Of a DNA stretch of 64,000 bases, positions 33,593 to 44,616 are shown one piece after another. The DNA is taken from positions 98,850 to 162,849 of the forward strand of contig CAZETU010000001.1 of assembly GCA_964514585.1 (NCBI GenBank), read 5' to 3'. The stretch's first letter is position 1. Each line of letters begins with the position of its first letter. Source of the stretch: Candidatus Woesearchaeota archaeon. GTDB lineage: Archaea > Nanobdellota > Nanobdellia > Pacearchaeales > GW2011-AR1. The position numbers and the translations under genes were made by a program. The notes below the pieces were generated by a model. It saw only the letters and a list, made by a program, of their open reading frames with translations, did not search any database and was not told the DNA's origin.

Positions 33593-35130
33593 AAATAACA
33601 TTTAGAATTTGGTTACTAATTGCATGTGTAATGCTGTCCTTGGTCGCGATATTCTCAATTCCCCCAATGATATTTGAAAAGGGAGTAATAGTTTCATCAG
33701 TAGAACAAAATTCAACCATATTCGAAAGCGGGCTCAGAACAGGGATGATAATAACTGAAATAAACGGACAAACAATAACATCAATAGACGATTATTCATT
33801 AGCATTCGCTCCTCTTCAAAATTTAGGAGAAAACGAAACACAAAAGCTAACGATAAAAACTGAAACCATAGAAATAATTAATTTATTCACAAAAGACGTA
33901 ATTAATGATATTTCCGTAGAGAAAATCCCATCCTCAAAAATAAAAACAGGTTTAGACTTACAGGGTGGAGCAAGGGCATTCGTAAAAGCAGATGTCCCAC
34001 TTTCAGACACACAATTAGCAGATTTAATCTCAGTATCAGAACAAAGACTAAATGTTTACGGGTTATCCGACGTGAAATTCTTCAAGGTTGTAACCTCAAA
34101 TCAAGAAAAATTGATGGGTATAGAAATTGCAGGCTCATCCCCAGATGATTTAGAGGAGCTAATAGCAAAACAAGGACACTTCGAAGCAAAAATTGGAAAC
34201 GAAACAGTTTTTGTCGGAGGAAATGAAGATGTAACTCATGTCGGACGAACAGGCCAAGACGCATTCATTTCAGAATGTTTTGAAGTAGAAGGAGGTGAAG
34301 CGTGCAATTTCAAATTCGTAATCTTCCTAAGCGAGGACGCAGCCCAAAGACACGCAGATATAACGGACGAACTATCAATTAATGGATCCTATCTTAGTAA
34401 AAAATTAGATTTCTTTATCGACGAACAACTAACATCTTCATTAAACATCGGAGCCTCTCTTAAAGGAAATATTGCAACACAAATTCAGATTTCAGGTTCG
34501 GGCTCAGGAGCAACAAGACAAGAAGCAATTGAACAAGCAAAAATAGAAATGAAGACGTTGCAGACAATACTAATCACAGGGTCACTCCCGTACCAATTAG
34601 AAATAGTAAAGATAGACAAGATATCTCCAAACCTAGGAGAACAATTTACAAAACAAATTTTATTAGCTGGGATCTTCGCAATTTTAGCAGTTTCAATAGT
34701 TGTATTCGTCAGATATAGAAAAATCAAAATTTCATTTGCATTAGTAACGGTCTCCCTTTCAGAAGTTTTAATTATCCTTGGAGTGGCAGCATCAATTGGC
34801 TGGAATTTAGACCTGCCTTCAATAGCAGGAATCATAGCAGCTATAGGTACGGGGATAGACTCTCAGTTAATTATTTTAGATGAGGCACGAGATAAACACG
34901 AATCGATGGTTCAGAGAATTAAGAAAGCGCTTTTTATCATCGTGACAGCGTTTACAACAACTTTTGTTGCAATGATTCCATTAACAGGTTTTCTAGGCTT
35001 CATGGGCATCGGAGCAGCCTCAGCAGGCCTTCTAAAAGGTTTTGCAGTAACGACATTAATTGGTATAACAACAGGGGTATTAATATCCAGACCAGCTTTC
35101 GCAGACATAGCAAAACAATTGGAGAATTAA
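33589..35130 (+). CDS. secD: protein-export membrane protein SecD
   Basis: The ATG at 33589 overlaps the secF stop (ATGA). GLDLQGGARAF motif. C-terminal TM block with GTGIDSQLIILDE. Confidence 0.8.
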   Translation: MKITFRIWLLIACVMLSLVAIFSIPPMIFEKGVIVSSVEQNSTIFESGLRTGMIITEINGQTITSIDDYSLAFAPLQNLGENETQKLTIKTETIEIINLFTKDVINDISVEKIPSSKIKTGLDLQGGARAFVKADVPLSDTQLADLISVSEQRLNVYGLSDVKFFKVVTSNQEKLMGIEIAGSSPDDLEELIAKQGHFEAKIGNETVFVGGNEDVTHVGRTGQDAFISECFEVEGGEACNFKFVIFLSEDAAQRHADITDELSINGSYLSKKLDFFIDEQLTSSLNIGASLKGNIATQIQISGSGSGATRQEAIEQAKIEMKTLQTILITGSLPYQLEIVKIDKISPNLGEQFTKQILLAGIFAILAVSIVVFVRYRKIKISFALVTVSLSEVLIILGVAASIGWNLDLPSIAGIIAAIGTGIDSQLIILDEARDKHESMVQRIKKALFIIVTAFTTTFVAMIPLTGFLGFMGIGAASAGLLKGFAVTTLIGITTGVLISRPAFADIAKQLEN

Positions 35131-35131
35131 A

Positions 35132-35593
35132 ATGCATTTTAGGTGGCACATCTTATTTGGGTTTGTAACATCTTACATTCTCATTCAATTTTTTAATTTT
35201 TCTTTATTTTCAGGATTAATTATTTTTCTAGCATCATGGATGATCGACTGGGATCATTATCTATGGTATGTTTTTGAAACAAAAGATTGGAATCCAGCCC
35301 ATGCAATAAGATGGTATGTGAAATCAATCCCAAAATGGCACAAACTTTCCTTACGAGAAAGAGATAAATTCAAAAGAGGAGTTTTTATTTTTCATGGAAT
35401 TGGTTTTTGGATAATTCTAATAGTATTATCTTTCATCAGCATTTTCTTTCTGTGGGTTTTAATGGGCGTCGCCATTCACATGGTAGCAGACATAATAGAA
35501 TTAATCAAAAGAAAAGAACCCCTATATAACAAAATATTCCCATGTTATGTTATACGAAGAAATAAAAACAAAAAAGGATTAAATAAGTTATGA
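35132..35593 (+). CDS. small polytopic membrane protein (possibly a DUF457-like metal-dependent hydrolase)
   Basis: His-rich ends of the TM helices (HFRWH, DWDH, FHG, HMVAD). Confidence 0.4.
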   Translation: MHFRWHILFGFVTSYILIQFFNFSLFSGLIIFLASWMIDWDHYLWYVFETKDWNPAHAIRWYVKSIPKWHKLSLRERDKFKRGVFIFHGIGFWIILIVLSFISIFFLWVLMGVAIHMVADIIELIKRKEPLYNKIFPCYVIRRNKNKKGLNKL

Positions 35594-36951
35594 CTAATTT
35601 TGTAAAAGAAGAGGTTAAAGATATAAAAGGAATCGCTAGAAGATTTAAGCGAAGAGATTTTTCCGGGAATACTGGAAAGGTTATAAAAAATTCAACATAT
35701 CAATTAATGTCTACGTTTGTCACAAAAGCGGGAAGCATTTTATTTACAATTATTTTAGCACGATTTTTAATGGGAGCAGAACTTTTTGGGTTATATGGAT
35801 TAGCCTTCTCAACGATTTTATTTCTTGGAATTTTTAATGATTTTGGGATTAGTTCAGCTCTAAACTTTTTTCTTTCAAAAAATATTGACAAAAACCCAGG
35901 AAAAGCAAAAGGATACTTCTATTATTTGACAAAATGGAAGATTGCATTCATGATGTTAACAATTCTAACAATCATATTGATATCAAAAGGATTGGCATCA
36001 AGTTATCAAAAACCAATCTATCTTGCCATTTTAGCCGGAATTATATATTTGCCAGCAGCTATATTTTCAGCACATGTAATCCAAATTTTTACATCGACAA
36101 ATAATTTTAAACCAATACTCGTCAAAGAAATAATTCTCCAAGTTTCAAGACTAACAATTATTCCTTTAGGAATTATCTTCTTTCTTTCTAAGGTAAAATC
36201 TACCGACGCATATCTATTCTGGATTATAATTCTTTTATCATCGTGCCATTTAATTGCGGGGGCCTATCTATATTTCATTATCAAAAAAACCCAGCCATTT
36301 AAAAAACAGAATCCAATCAAATTATCAAAAAAAGAAAGAATAAATTTAAGAAAATTCATATTGCCATTAACAGTTACGGCTCTCTCTGGGACTTTTTTTG
36401 TATTTATCGACCAAATCATGTTAGGCCTTTACAAAATAACCGGAGAGATGCTAGGTTTTTATTATATATCAGTTAATTTAGTATCTTCAATATCAGTCAT
36501 TATTGCATTTTCTGGCGCAGCAATATTTCCAATATTAACAAGAATAAAAGATTCTAGACTCGAAAGAGGATTCAGAAAAAGTAAAAACATAACTCTAATA
36601 ATATCGATTTTAGTTTTTATTCTTTCATTTTTATTAGCACCATTAATTATAAAAATTCTCTATGGGACAGAATATGTCGGAGCAATAATATATTTCCAAA
36701 TTTTGTCTCTTCTGATAATAAGTTTCTCCATGACAAGTATTTATACAGCATATTATATGAGTCAAAAAAGGACAAGAATAATTTCCATATTAGTTGTATT
36801 GTCAACCGTTCTAAATATAGTTTTAAATTATGTATTCATAGGATTCGGTCTTCAATTTAGCATGTCTTACGCAGTCATAGGGGCCTGTATCGCAACGCTA
36901 ATTAGTCAATACTTATATATGCTAACACTTATAATTTTTAGAAGAAGATGA
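35590..36951 (+). CDS. oligosaccharide/polysaccharide flippase (Wzx/MOP superfamily)
   Basis: 453 aa with about 12-14 TM segments, in a glycan locus. Confidence 0.65.
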   Translation: MTNFVKEEVKDIKGIARRFKRRDFSGNTGKVIKNSTYQLMSTFVTKAGSILFTIILARFLMGAELFGLYGLAFSTILFLGIFNDFGISSALNFFLSKNIDKNPGKAKGYFYYLTKWKIAFMMLTILTIILISKGLASSYQKPIYLAILAGIIYLPAAIFSAHVIQIFTSTNNFKPILVKEIILQVSRLTIIPLGIIFFLSKVKSTDAYLFWIIILLSSCHLIAGAYLYFIIKKTQPFKKQNPIKLSKKERINLRKFILPLTVTALSGTFFVFIDQIMLGLYKITGEMLGFYYISVNLVSSISVIIAFSGAAIFPILTRIKDSRLERGFRKSKNITLIISILVFILSFLLAPLIIKILYGTEYVGAIIYFQILSLLIISFSMTSIYTAYYMSQKRTRIISILVVLSTVLNIVLNYVFIGFGLQFSMSYAVIGACIATLISQYLYMLTLIIFRRR

Positions 36952-37667
36952 AAGAAAAGTTATTATTTCAAGATAAAAATGAAAACGACTTAATAGGATT
37001 TTTAAAACAAAACAAACAAACAAAAATTTTAAATTTTTTAAATCTACATGAATTATACCAATTTAATAAAGAAAAAATCTACCAGAAGGCAGTCATCGAA
37101 AAGAACAACATAAATTTTATAGATGGATTTGTGATTTCTGCCTACCTATCATTTAACAATATTAAAAGAGTCCCAAGGGTAAGGGGCCCAACTTTTACAA
37201 GAAGTTTTTTATCAAATCCAGATTTATCAAAAAATAAAAGACATTTTTTTATCGGATTTGATAATAAGGATTTTAAAAATCTAAAAAAAAATTTTCCTCA
37301 CCTAAAAAATATATCTTGCTACAATCCCCCTTATATTAAAAATCTAAAATTTTCAAAAAAAGAAATTAATAAAATATCAAAATTAATAAACAAATTCAAA
37401 CCAGACTATGTGTGGGTTGGTATTGGGGCTTCAAAGCAGAATATTTTGTCATCAGACCTCTCTAAAAAAACCACCGCACAATATTTTATTAATATAGGAG
37501 CAGCGCTAGATTTTTTAATAGGTAAAAAACGAGAAGCTCCATTAATTGTTAGGGAACTAGGGATAGAATGGTTTTATAGACTTGTGACAGATTTTAAGTA
37601 TTCTAAGAAAAAAGTTTGGAGAAGTCTAATTGGATTAAAATATTTGAGGCAAGTGAAATTGCAATGA
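36948..37667 (+). CDS. WecG/TagA/CpsF-family glycosyltransferase
   Basis: VGIGASKQN...NIGAALDFLIGKKREAPLIVRELGIEWFYRL matches the family signature. Confidence 0.7.
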   Translation: MKEKLLFQDKNENDLIGFLKQNKQTKILNFLNLHELYQFNKEKIYQKAVIEKNNINFIDGFVISAYLSFNNIKRVPRVRGPTFTRSFLSNPDLSKNKRHFFIGFDNKDFKNLKKNFPHLKNISCYNPPYIKNLKFSKKEINKISKLINKFKPDYVWVGIGASKQNILSSDLSKKTTAQYFINIGAALDFLIGKKREAPLIVRELGIEWFYRLVTDFKYSKKKVWRSLIGLKYLRQVKLQ

Positions 37668-38758
37668 AAAAGAAAATCTTGTTCCTAAGTCCCTTGCCAC
37701 CACCAAGTTATGGGAGTGCCCTCTCAAGTCAAGCAAATCTAGAAATATTAAAAAAAGATTTCGAAGTACATTCAATAAAACTCAATTTCGCCAAAAGCAT
37801 GTCTAATATAGGAAAAATAGACCTGAGTAAAATCAGGGGAGTAATCAAGACATCAAAAAAAATAAAAGAAGAGATAAAATCATTTAATCCAGATATCATA
37901 TATTTTGTTCCAGCAACTTATCAAATTGGACTATTTAGAGATTCTCATTATGCATCCATTATAAGAAAATTAACAAGCAAAAAAATAATATTTCACATAA
38001 GAAGTCGAATACTAGAAAAGCATTGGAGAAATCCACTCTATAAATCAAGATACAAAAAAATGCTAAAAAATCAGAAAGCAATAGTTCTAGACGAATCATT
38101 AATATCAGATCTTCACGAATTAATATCTAAAGAAAGTATCAAAATCCTTTCGAATGCAATTCCGAATGCAATTCCAGAAACAAAGTTTAAAAAAATAGTT
38201 AAAAAAAGATTAAAACAAAATTCTTTCAACATATTATTTTTTTCAAATATGGACAAAACAAAGGGGTGGACAATTCTTCTCAAAGTTTGCAAGATTTTAA
38301 AAAATAAAGGAATAAAATTTGAATGTAACTTTGCTGGAGCATGGCCATCTAGAAAGGAAGAAAAAGAATTCAAAGATTTTGTAACTCAAAACAATCTCAA
38401 AGAAGTTAAACATCTGGGAAAATTAAGTCCAACAGAAAGGAACAATCTAATGTCTAAATCGGATATTCTTGTTTATCCGACGACACTTGACACCTTTGGT
38501 CGCGTAATTGTAGAAGCAATGATGCTAGGTCTTCCAATAATAGCAAATGGGATAGCAGCAATCACAACTACAATTCAGCATGGCAAAACAGGCTTCGTCT
38601 TGAAAGAAAATTCTCCAGAAGAGATTGTATCATACATAGAAAAACTTCAAGATAAAAAACTAAGAAAAAAAATGGGGCTTGCGGGAAGAAAAAGATTTTT
38701 GAAAGAATATGAAATCAAAAAATACGAAAAGAAATTTTTGAAAATTATCAATTCTTAA
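37664..38758 (+). CDS. GT4-family glycosyltransferase
   Basis: The ATG at 37664 overlaps the upstream stop. C-terminal E-x7-E-like region FGRVIVEAMMLGLPIIA...GKTGFV. Confidence 0.7.
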   Translation: MKKKILFLSPLPPPSYGSALSSQANLEILKKDFEVHSIKLNFAKSMSNIGKIDLSKIRGVIKTSKKIKEEIKSFNPDIIYFVPATYQIGLFRDSHYASIIRKLTSKKIIFHIRSRILEKHWRNPLYKSRYKKMLKNQKAIVLDESLISDLHELISKESIKILSNAIPNAIPETKFKKIVKKRLKQNSFNILFFSNMDKTKGWTILLKVCKILKNKGIKFECNFAGAWPSRKEEKEFKDFVTQNNLKEVKHLGKLSPTERNNLMSKSDILVYPTTLDTFGRVIVEAMMLGLPIIANGIAAITTTIQHGKTGFVLKENSPEEIVSYIEKLQDKKLRKKMGLAGRKRFLKEYEIKKYEKKFLKIINS

Positions 38759-40553
38759 TCCAATATTTATACCAAGAATAAAACAAAAATAATCTGATTT
38801 TGTAATTATTGGTAACGATATTATTGTTAAGAAAAATTTCCTCCAAGTAAAATTTTTCCCACTCTTTAGATAAAACTCCGACATCAACCAATTCTTTCAA
38901 AATAGATTTCAACTCATTTTCATAAGATTTCCTTTGCATCCATTCTCCAATTGGAGGAGTAAATCCCTGTTTCTTTTTGTTAATTATTTCTCTAGGTAAA
39001 AATTTGGACACAATTTCTCTAAAGAAAGTTTTTTCTCCAAATAATGAGACCTTATATTTAGTAGGCAATTTCATAGAATACTCTATCAGTCTATAATCTA
39101 AGAATGGACAACGAACCTCCAGCGAATTAATCATCGAAGCTCTATCAACCTTTGTTAAAAAATTATCTGGCAAAGTATAAAAATAAATATCCATAAGTCG
39201 CACAGCCTCAACTAAATTCCCATTAGTTTTTGTAAGACATTTTTTCAACTGGGTAGACAAAAGTTCTCTAGCTATCTTAGGCTTATAATAACTTTTTCTA
39301 GCTTCAGAATAAAAAGATTCTTTAGAGAGTAGACTTAATCTGATACCCTCCTTTAATCTTTCAATAGGTAAGAGCATTAAGATTTTTCTAAAAAACCTAG
39401 GCAACTTTCTTAGAATTTCCATTTGGTAAGCCATTTTATATCGAGGATATCCCCCAAATATTTCATCACCACCGTCTCCACTTAAAGATACGGTTAACTT
39501 CTCCCTCGCAAATTTTGACAACATTCTCGAAGGGAACATGGAATAATCAGCAAAAGGCTCATCATAATAATAAAAAATATCTTTTAACATTTCCTGAAAA
39601 TTTTTTTCTTTGAAATATTTATGATGATGATCCGTGCCGAGATGCTTCTCTAAAATATTTATTCTGGGAGTTTCGTCTAGAGACCCATCAAAACCAATAG
39701 AATAAGTATTGATATTTTTATTGAATTTTTTAGAATAATTAACAATCGTAGAAGAATCGAGTCCACCACTCAAAAAAGCCCCAAGAGGAACATCGGAAAT
39801 CATCCTCAATTTTATAGAATCAGTCATTAGCTCATCAAATTCTTTTTTCAAGCTAGCTTTATCATTAACTGGATCAAAATCAGGCCAATCATAATATTTT
39901 TTCTTAGTCAACATTTTTTCATTCAAATCAAAAATCAAAGACTCTCTTTGTTCTAATTTTTGAATATTTTTATAAATAGAATAAGGAGCCGGTATAAACC
40001 CCAAAGAAAAATACAAGTCCACAGCATTTTGGTTTAACTCAATTTTTAGCTCATGTTTTAGTATTCCCTTTATTTCCGAAGAAAAAACGAATTTATTTTT
40101 ATCAAAATAGTAATACAGGGGCTTTTTGCCAACCCTGTCTCGAGATAAAAATAAAATATTTTTTTGCGGATCAAAAATACAAAACGCCCACATCCCATTA
40201 AATCTATCAACACAACCCTCGCCCCACTCTAAGTATGCAGCAAGTATTACCTCCGTGTCAGAAGCCGATTTAAATTTATATCCCTTAGAGACTAACTCTT
40301 TTTTAATTTCCAAAAAATTATAAATTTCACCATTAAAAGTTATCGTAACATTTTTACCCCGATGAGAATGCGTCATAGGTTGAGTTGCATTCTCAGAGAG
40401 ATCAATTATTGATAAACGCCTTTGTCCCAAGGAAAGTTTGCATTTTTTATCAAAAAATTCTCCTGACATATCAGGACCCCTATGGACAAGGGAGTCATTC
40501 ATTTTCTTTAGAATAGATTTGTTTATAAAATTAAAGCCATTTATTCCGCACAT
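38748..40553 (-). CDS. asnB: asparagine synthase (glutamine-hydrolysing) family amidotransferase
   Basis: N-terminal MCGI nucleophile, SGGLDSS PP-loop, 601 aa. Confidence 0.85.
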   Translation of the reverse strand: MCGINGFNFINKSILKKMNDSLVHRGPDMSGEFFDKKCKLSLGQRRLSIIDLSENATQPMTHSHRGKNVTITFNGEIYNFLEIKKELVSKGYKFKSASDTEVILAAYLEWGEGCVDRFNGMWAFCIFDPQKNILFLSRDRVGKKPLYYYFDKNKFVFSSEIKGILKHELKIELNQNAVDLYFSLGFIPAPYSIYKNIQKLEQRESLIFDLNEKMLTKKKYYDWPDFDPVNDKASLKKEFDELMTDSIKLRMISDVPLGAFLSGGLDSSTIVNYSKKFNKNINTYSIGFDGSLDETPRINILEKHLGTDHHHKYFKEKNFQEMLKDIFYYYDEPFADYSMFPSRMLSKFAREKLTVSLSGDGGDEIFGGYPRYKMAYQMEILRKLPRFFRKILMLLPIERLKEGIRLSLLSKESFYSEARKSYYKPKIARELLSTQLKKCLTKTNGNLVEAVRLMDIYFYTLPDNFLTKVDRASMINSLEVRCPFLDYRLIEYSMKLPTKYKVSLFGEKTFFREIVSKFLPREIINKKKQGFTPPIGEWMQRKSYENELKSILKELVDVGVLSKEWEKFYLEEIFLNNNIVTNNYKIRLFLFYSWYKYWIKN

Positions 40554-40587
40554 AAAAAATTAAGAATTAAAGATTATTTAAGAGTAT

Positions 40588-41415
40588 CTAGGGATTATCA
40601 AACTCTGCTACTAACAGCCACCCATAATTATCCTTAATCCATTGCTCAATATTTCTAGGAACCAAGGGCAGCATTTTAAAGCCCATATGAGTGACCGATA
40701 TTTTAACATTCTTAAATCCAATTTTTTCTAATTCTCTTTTCAATTCCCTCGGAGTAAAATGCCTATGATAATATCCATCCGTATAAAAATCCTGAACCTT
40801 TTCCAAATCATAACCTCTGAATATTTTTCCTTTCAAAAAAAGCCAATTTAATCCATTAATATAATACCTTGCACTATTCTTATTGTATACCATAATCAAC
40901 CCTCTTCCCCCTTTCTTAAGAACCCTTGAAACATTTTTGAACGCTTTAATCGTATTCTTAGAATGATGAAGAACCCCCCATGAAAAAACAAAATCAAAAG
41001 AACCATCCTTAAATGTCATTTTTTCTGCATCTTGATTCAATGCTCTAACCTTTACTCCTTGAGTTTCAGCATTTAATTTTGTAATTTCTATAGCTTGTTT
41101 TGTAATGTCCACCGCCGTCACATTTGCTCCAGACTTTGCAAACAAACAACTCCCAGCACCAGACCCACATCCAATTTCCAAAACCGACTTCCTTCGAAAT
41201 TTAGTAAAATCAAAATTACCCAAGAATTTACTATTCAATAACTCTTTTTCTGCAAAAAGAAACTCTTTTTTCGTCTTGGGAATTCTTTCTTTATCTTCCC
41301 ATTCTTGATAAGTCATAGGCAGAGATTCCCACCACAATCGATTTTTCTCCTGATCATTTTCCAATTTAGACAAATCGTCTATCCTTTTTTTGAAAACCCT
41401 TACTTTATTTTTCAT
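40588..41415 (-). CDS. class I SAM-dependent methyltransferase
   Basis: VLEIGCGSGAGS motif I. Start placed at the ATG at 41415. Confidence 0.7.
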   Translation of the reverse strand: MKNKVRVFKKRIDDLSKLENDQEKNRLWWESLPMTYQEWEDKERIPKTKKEFLFAEKELLNSKFLGNFDFTKFRRKSVLEIGCGSGAGSCLFAKSGANVTAVDITKQAIEITKLNAETQGVKVRALNQDAEKMTFKDGSFDFVFSWGVLHHSKNTIKAFKNVSRVLKKGGRGLIMVYNKNSARYYINGLNWLFLKGKIFRGYDLEKVQDFYTDGYYHRHFTPRELKRELEKIGFKNVKISVTHMGFKMLPLVPRNIEQWIKDNYGWLLVAEFDNP

Positions 41416-41440
41416 GTTAAATAATGAGAATCTCCCTTTA

Positions 41441-42373
41441 TTAAATTTTATAGTATTTAGAATCATTAAATTTTATAGCTCTAGTAAATAAACCATCAAT
41501 TAATCCCCTGAAGTATTTTTTAAGAACAGTCAGTTTATTGGACTGCCTCAAAGAAATATAAATATTTTTAATATTTTTAATAAAAAATAAATTCATTATG
41601 AAGACAAAAAATTCCCTATTGGTTGCATGAATTCTTTCCAGCCAAATCATATTTCTAGTGGAGTAATATGCTTTAAAACCAGAAACTCTTCCAGACGATG
41701 CAGCCCCTTTGTGCCAAATTTTTGCAGCTGGATTAATGAAAAACTTATATCCAGATTTTTTTATTCTAAGTGCCAACTCTATTTCTTCGCCATAAGCGAA
41801 AAACTTTTCATTAAAAAATCCAGATTTTTTAACCATATCAGATCTGACTAGCCAACATGATGCCGATGTATAATCAACGCAAAAAGGAGCTTTCCGCAAT
41901 TTAATTTGTTGCAGATCACGATCCCATGGTTCACCTCCGCCCTTCTTTAAATTAAATTTTCCTGGAGAGTCTGTTTCCCCAAGAACATTTTTATCATAGT
42001 AATTAAAAACCATAGGAGAAACTACCCCAATTTTATCATCACTCAACATAGTGTTAAGTAATTTTAACAAAAAATCTTTATCAACCACAGTGTCATTATT
42101 TAAAATCATAAAATATTCAAATCCAGAGCCTAAAGCCTTTTTAATCCCCAAATTATTACCCAAAGCAAACCCCAGATTGTTCTTATTTGATATAAATTCT
42201 ATTTTTCTATTTTTTATTTGCTTGAGTTTCTTTATCGAATCATCATTAGACCCATTGTCTATTAAGAATATTTTATAATTCTTGAAATTATTCCTCTTGA
42301 TGCTTTTTAGGCACTCAATCGTGTCTTCCGACCCATTCCAATTCAATATAATTATAGCTATCTTTTTACTCAT
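41441..42373 (-). CDS. GT2-family glycosyltransferase
   Basis: IAIIILNWNG..., LIDNGSND, ILNNDT (DxD-type). Confidence 0.75.
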   Translation of the reverse strand: MSKKIAIIILNWNGSEDTIECLKSIKRNNFKNYKIFLIDNGSNDDSIKKLKQIKNRKIEFISNKNNLGFALGNNLGIKKALGSGFEYFMILNNDTVVDKDFLLKLLNTMLSDDKIGVVSPMVFNYYDKNVLGETDSPGKFNLKKGGGEPWDRDLQQIKLRKAPFCVDYTSASCWLVRSDMVKKSGFFNEKFFAYGEEIELALRIKKSGYKFFINPAAKIWHKGAASSGRVSGFKAYYSTRNMIWLERIHATNREFFVFIMNLFFIKNIKNIYISLRQSNKLTVLKKYFRGLIDGLFTRAIKFNDSKYYKI

Positions 42374-42489
42374 CTCAATAGATACATGTTTTATTTTTTA
42401 AAGATATAGATTGCCATATGTCTAATATATTTGAATAGGCATGTTTCCAGAATATAAATTTTAATAAACCCAAATAAGTAGACAAAAAC

Positions 42490-42948
42490 ATGAAGCTAAA
42501 TTTTATTTTGGATATCGACGGAGTGATGACAACAGGGCAATTCTTATATTCAAAAGATGGCAAGTCCCATAAAATTTTTGGATCCCATGATTCCGACGGA
42601 CTAAAATTAATCAAAGACAAAGTTAATATTTTATTTATAACTGCAGATAAAAGAGGATTCCCTATTTCGAAAAAAAGAATTGAGGATATGGATCACCCTA
42701 TAAAACTTATAACCGAACAAGATAGATATTCTTACATAAAAGAAAATTTTGGATTTGAAAATACTATATTCATGGGAGACGGCATCTTTGATGCACCATT
42801 ACTAAAAGATTGTAAATTTGGCATTGCTCCTGCAAATGCAAGGATTGAAGCAAAAAAGACCGCCGACTTTGTAACTCCCTCTAAATCTGCAGAAGGCGCC
42901 GTTTGTGATGCATGTATAAAAGTGGATAGATTATTTTTTAGAAATTAA
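42490..42948 (+). CDS. HAD-IIIA phosphatase, KdsC/GmhB-like
   Basis: ILDIDGVMTTG, SHDSDGLKLI, FMGDGIFDAP, and a GAVCDA tail as in sugar-phosphate phosphatases of the KdsC family. Confidence 0.7.
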   Translation: MKLNFILDIDGVMTTGQFLYSKDGKSHKIFGSHDSDGLKLIKDKVNILFITADKRGFPISKKRIEDMDHPIKLITEQDRYSYIKENFGFENTIFMGDGIFDAPLLKDCKFGIAPANARIEAKKTADFVTPSKSAEGAVCDACIKVDRLFFRN

Positions 42949-43098
42949 ATTTATCACTCATATTATAATCTCCACATCCTTTACTCTCAAATAGTTTATC
43001 TAAATTGAGTTTTAGTAGACTTGTTTAATAATACCCCTCTGAATAATATAAAACTATATATAAGGAGAATCTTGGATAATTCAATGAGAGATAGTCCG

Positions 43099-44513
43099 AT
43101 GAGAGTCATGTTCGTTTATCATAATCAAGTTGAAGATGGATTTATGCCCCAGGCCATTGCTGTCCTTGGGGGGATGATGAGAGATCATAACATAGAAACA
43201 AAATTATTTGATACAACACTTTATCGAGATAAAGACTCACACCTTGCTAGAACAGATAGAGAGCTTAGAGAAAGTCAGGCAAAAGGAGGATATCAGAAAG
43301 TTGAGGGGTTTGATCATACGAGAGAAGTGGTTGACTTAGCGGGTAAATTCTATGAAGAAGTAGAAAAATATAAACCAGATTTAATCGCTGCTACTTCAAC
43401 TTCTTTTGAATTCGGATCCTTGACTAGATTCATTCTTCCTGCAAAAAGAGCTTTTGAGGTCCCAGTAATTGTTGGGGCTCGCATGCCACTGTAGTGCCAT
43501 ATGAAGCAATTCAAAATCCGGCGGTAGATTACGTTTGTGTAGGAGAAGGAGAAAGGCCCCTTTTGAGCTTAGTAAGGGGGTTGGAGGGAAATGTGGATAC
43601 CTCAAAAATTCCCAACCTCGTTGTAAAAAAACAAGGAAGAATTATTACCAATTCTCGTTTCCCCATTCTTACAATGGATGAAACTCCAGATGCAGATTGG
43701 GATTTATTGGGAGAACTACATAGAATTCGCCCATTCGAAGGGAAATTAAAAAAATATGGTTGGTTTGAAACAAGTAGAGGATGTCCACACGAATGTAGTT
43801 ATTGTATTAATTCAGCATTACACGGCATGGAGGCCCCCGGGGAAATTCAACCAGGAGATTATAGATTTTTTAGCCAAGATAAAATTATTAGTAGAATGGT
43901 GGCAAAGAAAGAGAGATATGGGTATGATCATGTCCAACTTATTGATGAAAATCTGGCCGCCAGGCCCCAAAGAGAACTAGAAAAACTTGCAGAGGCATTC
44001 AAAGAGAATGTTGGAGTCGGGTTTTTTACTCAGAGTCGTCCTGAGCAATTTATCGGGAGGTCAAAGAAGGCCAAAATCATGGCCGAAATGGGTTGTGAGA
44101 TGGTTGCCATGGGAATGGAGTCTGGAAGTGAATCGTTGAGAAAAAATGTATTAAATAGACCGATGAAAGACGGGATAATTGAAGAGGCAGTGGACGCCTT
44201 AAGAAAAGAGGGGATAAAAGTTGCCGGTTATTATATAATGGGATTCCCTGGAGAAACAAGAGAAATGATAGAGGAAACAATTGCTTTGCATAAAAGAGTT
44301 CAACCAGATAGATTTTCTGTCAGATTTTTACATCCATTTCCTGGGACCACAATCAGGGAATTGTGTATCGAGAAAGGTTATCTATCACCGGATTTTGAAT
44401 CCAGAAACCAGGACGCAAGCTTTTTTAAAGATCCAGTTTTAAATCTTCCCTCTCCTCCACATCCATCAAGAGAAGAATTATTTGAACTACAAGCAAAACT
44501 ACAAAATAGCTAA
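43099..44513 (+). pseudogene. B12-binding-domain radical SAM enzyme, interrupted by a frameshift in a G4 run
   Basis: ORFs 43021-43494 and 43494-44513 are the two halves. PVIVG | GSHATVVPYEA is restored by one extra G at 43474-47. SRGCPHECSYC is the radical SAM cluster motif. Confidence 0.7.
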
Positions 44514-44616
44514 TTATTTCACAAAAATTCTCTTCTTATTTTTTCTTCAATACTTTTTGCATCTAATTCAAATTTTTTATAAAGATTTTCAAAGTAAATA
44601 TATTAGTTTACCTCAA

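Noticed and set aside
42375-42620. ORF 42375-42620 (minus)
   Set aside because: It overlaps the start of the KdsC-like phosphatase gene, which has clear HAD motifs. It is a probable shadow ORF across a promoter region.
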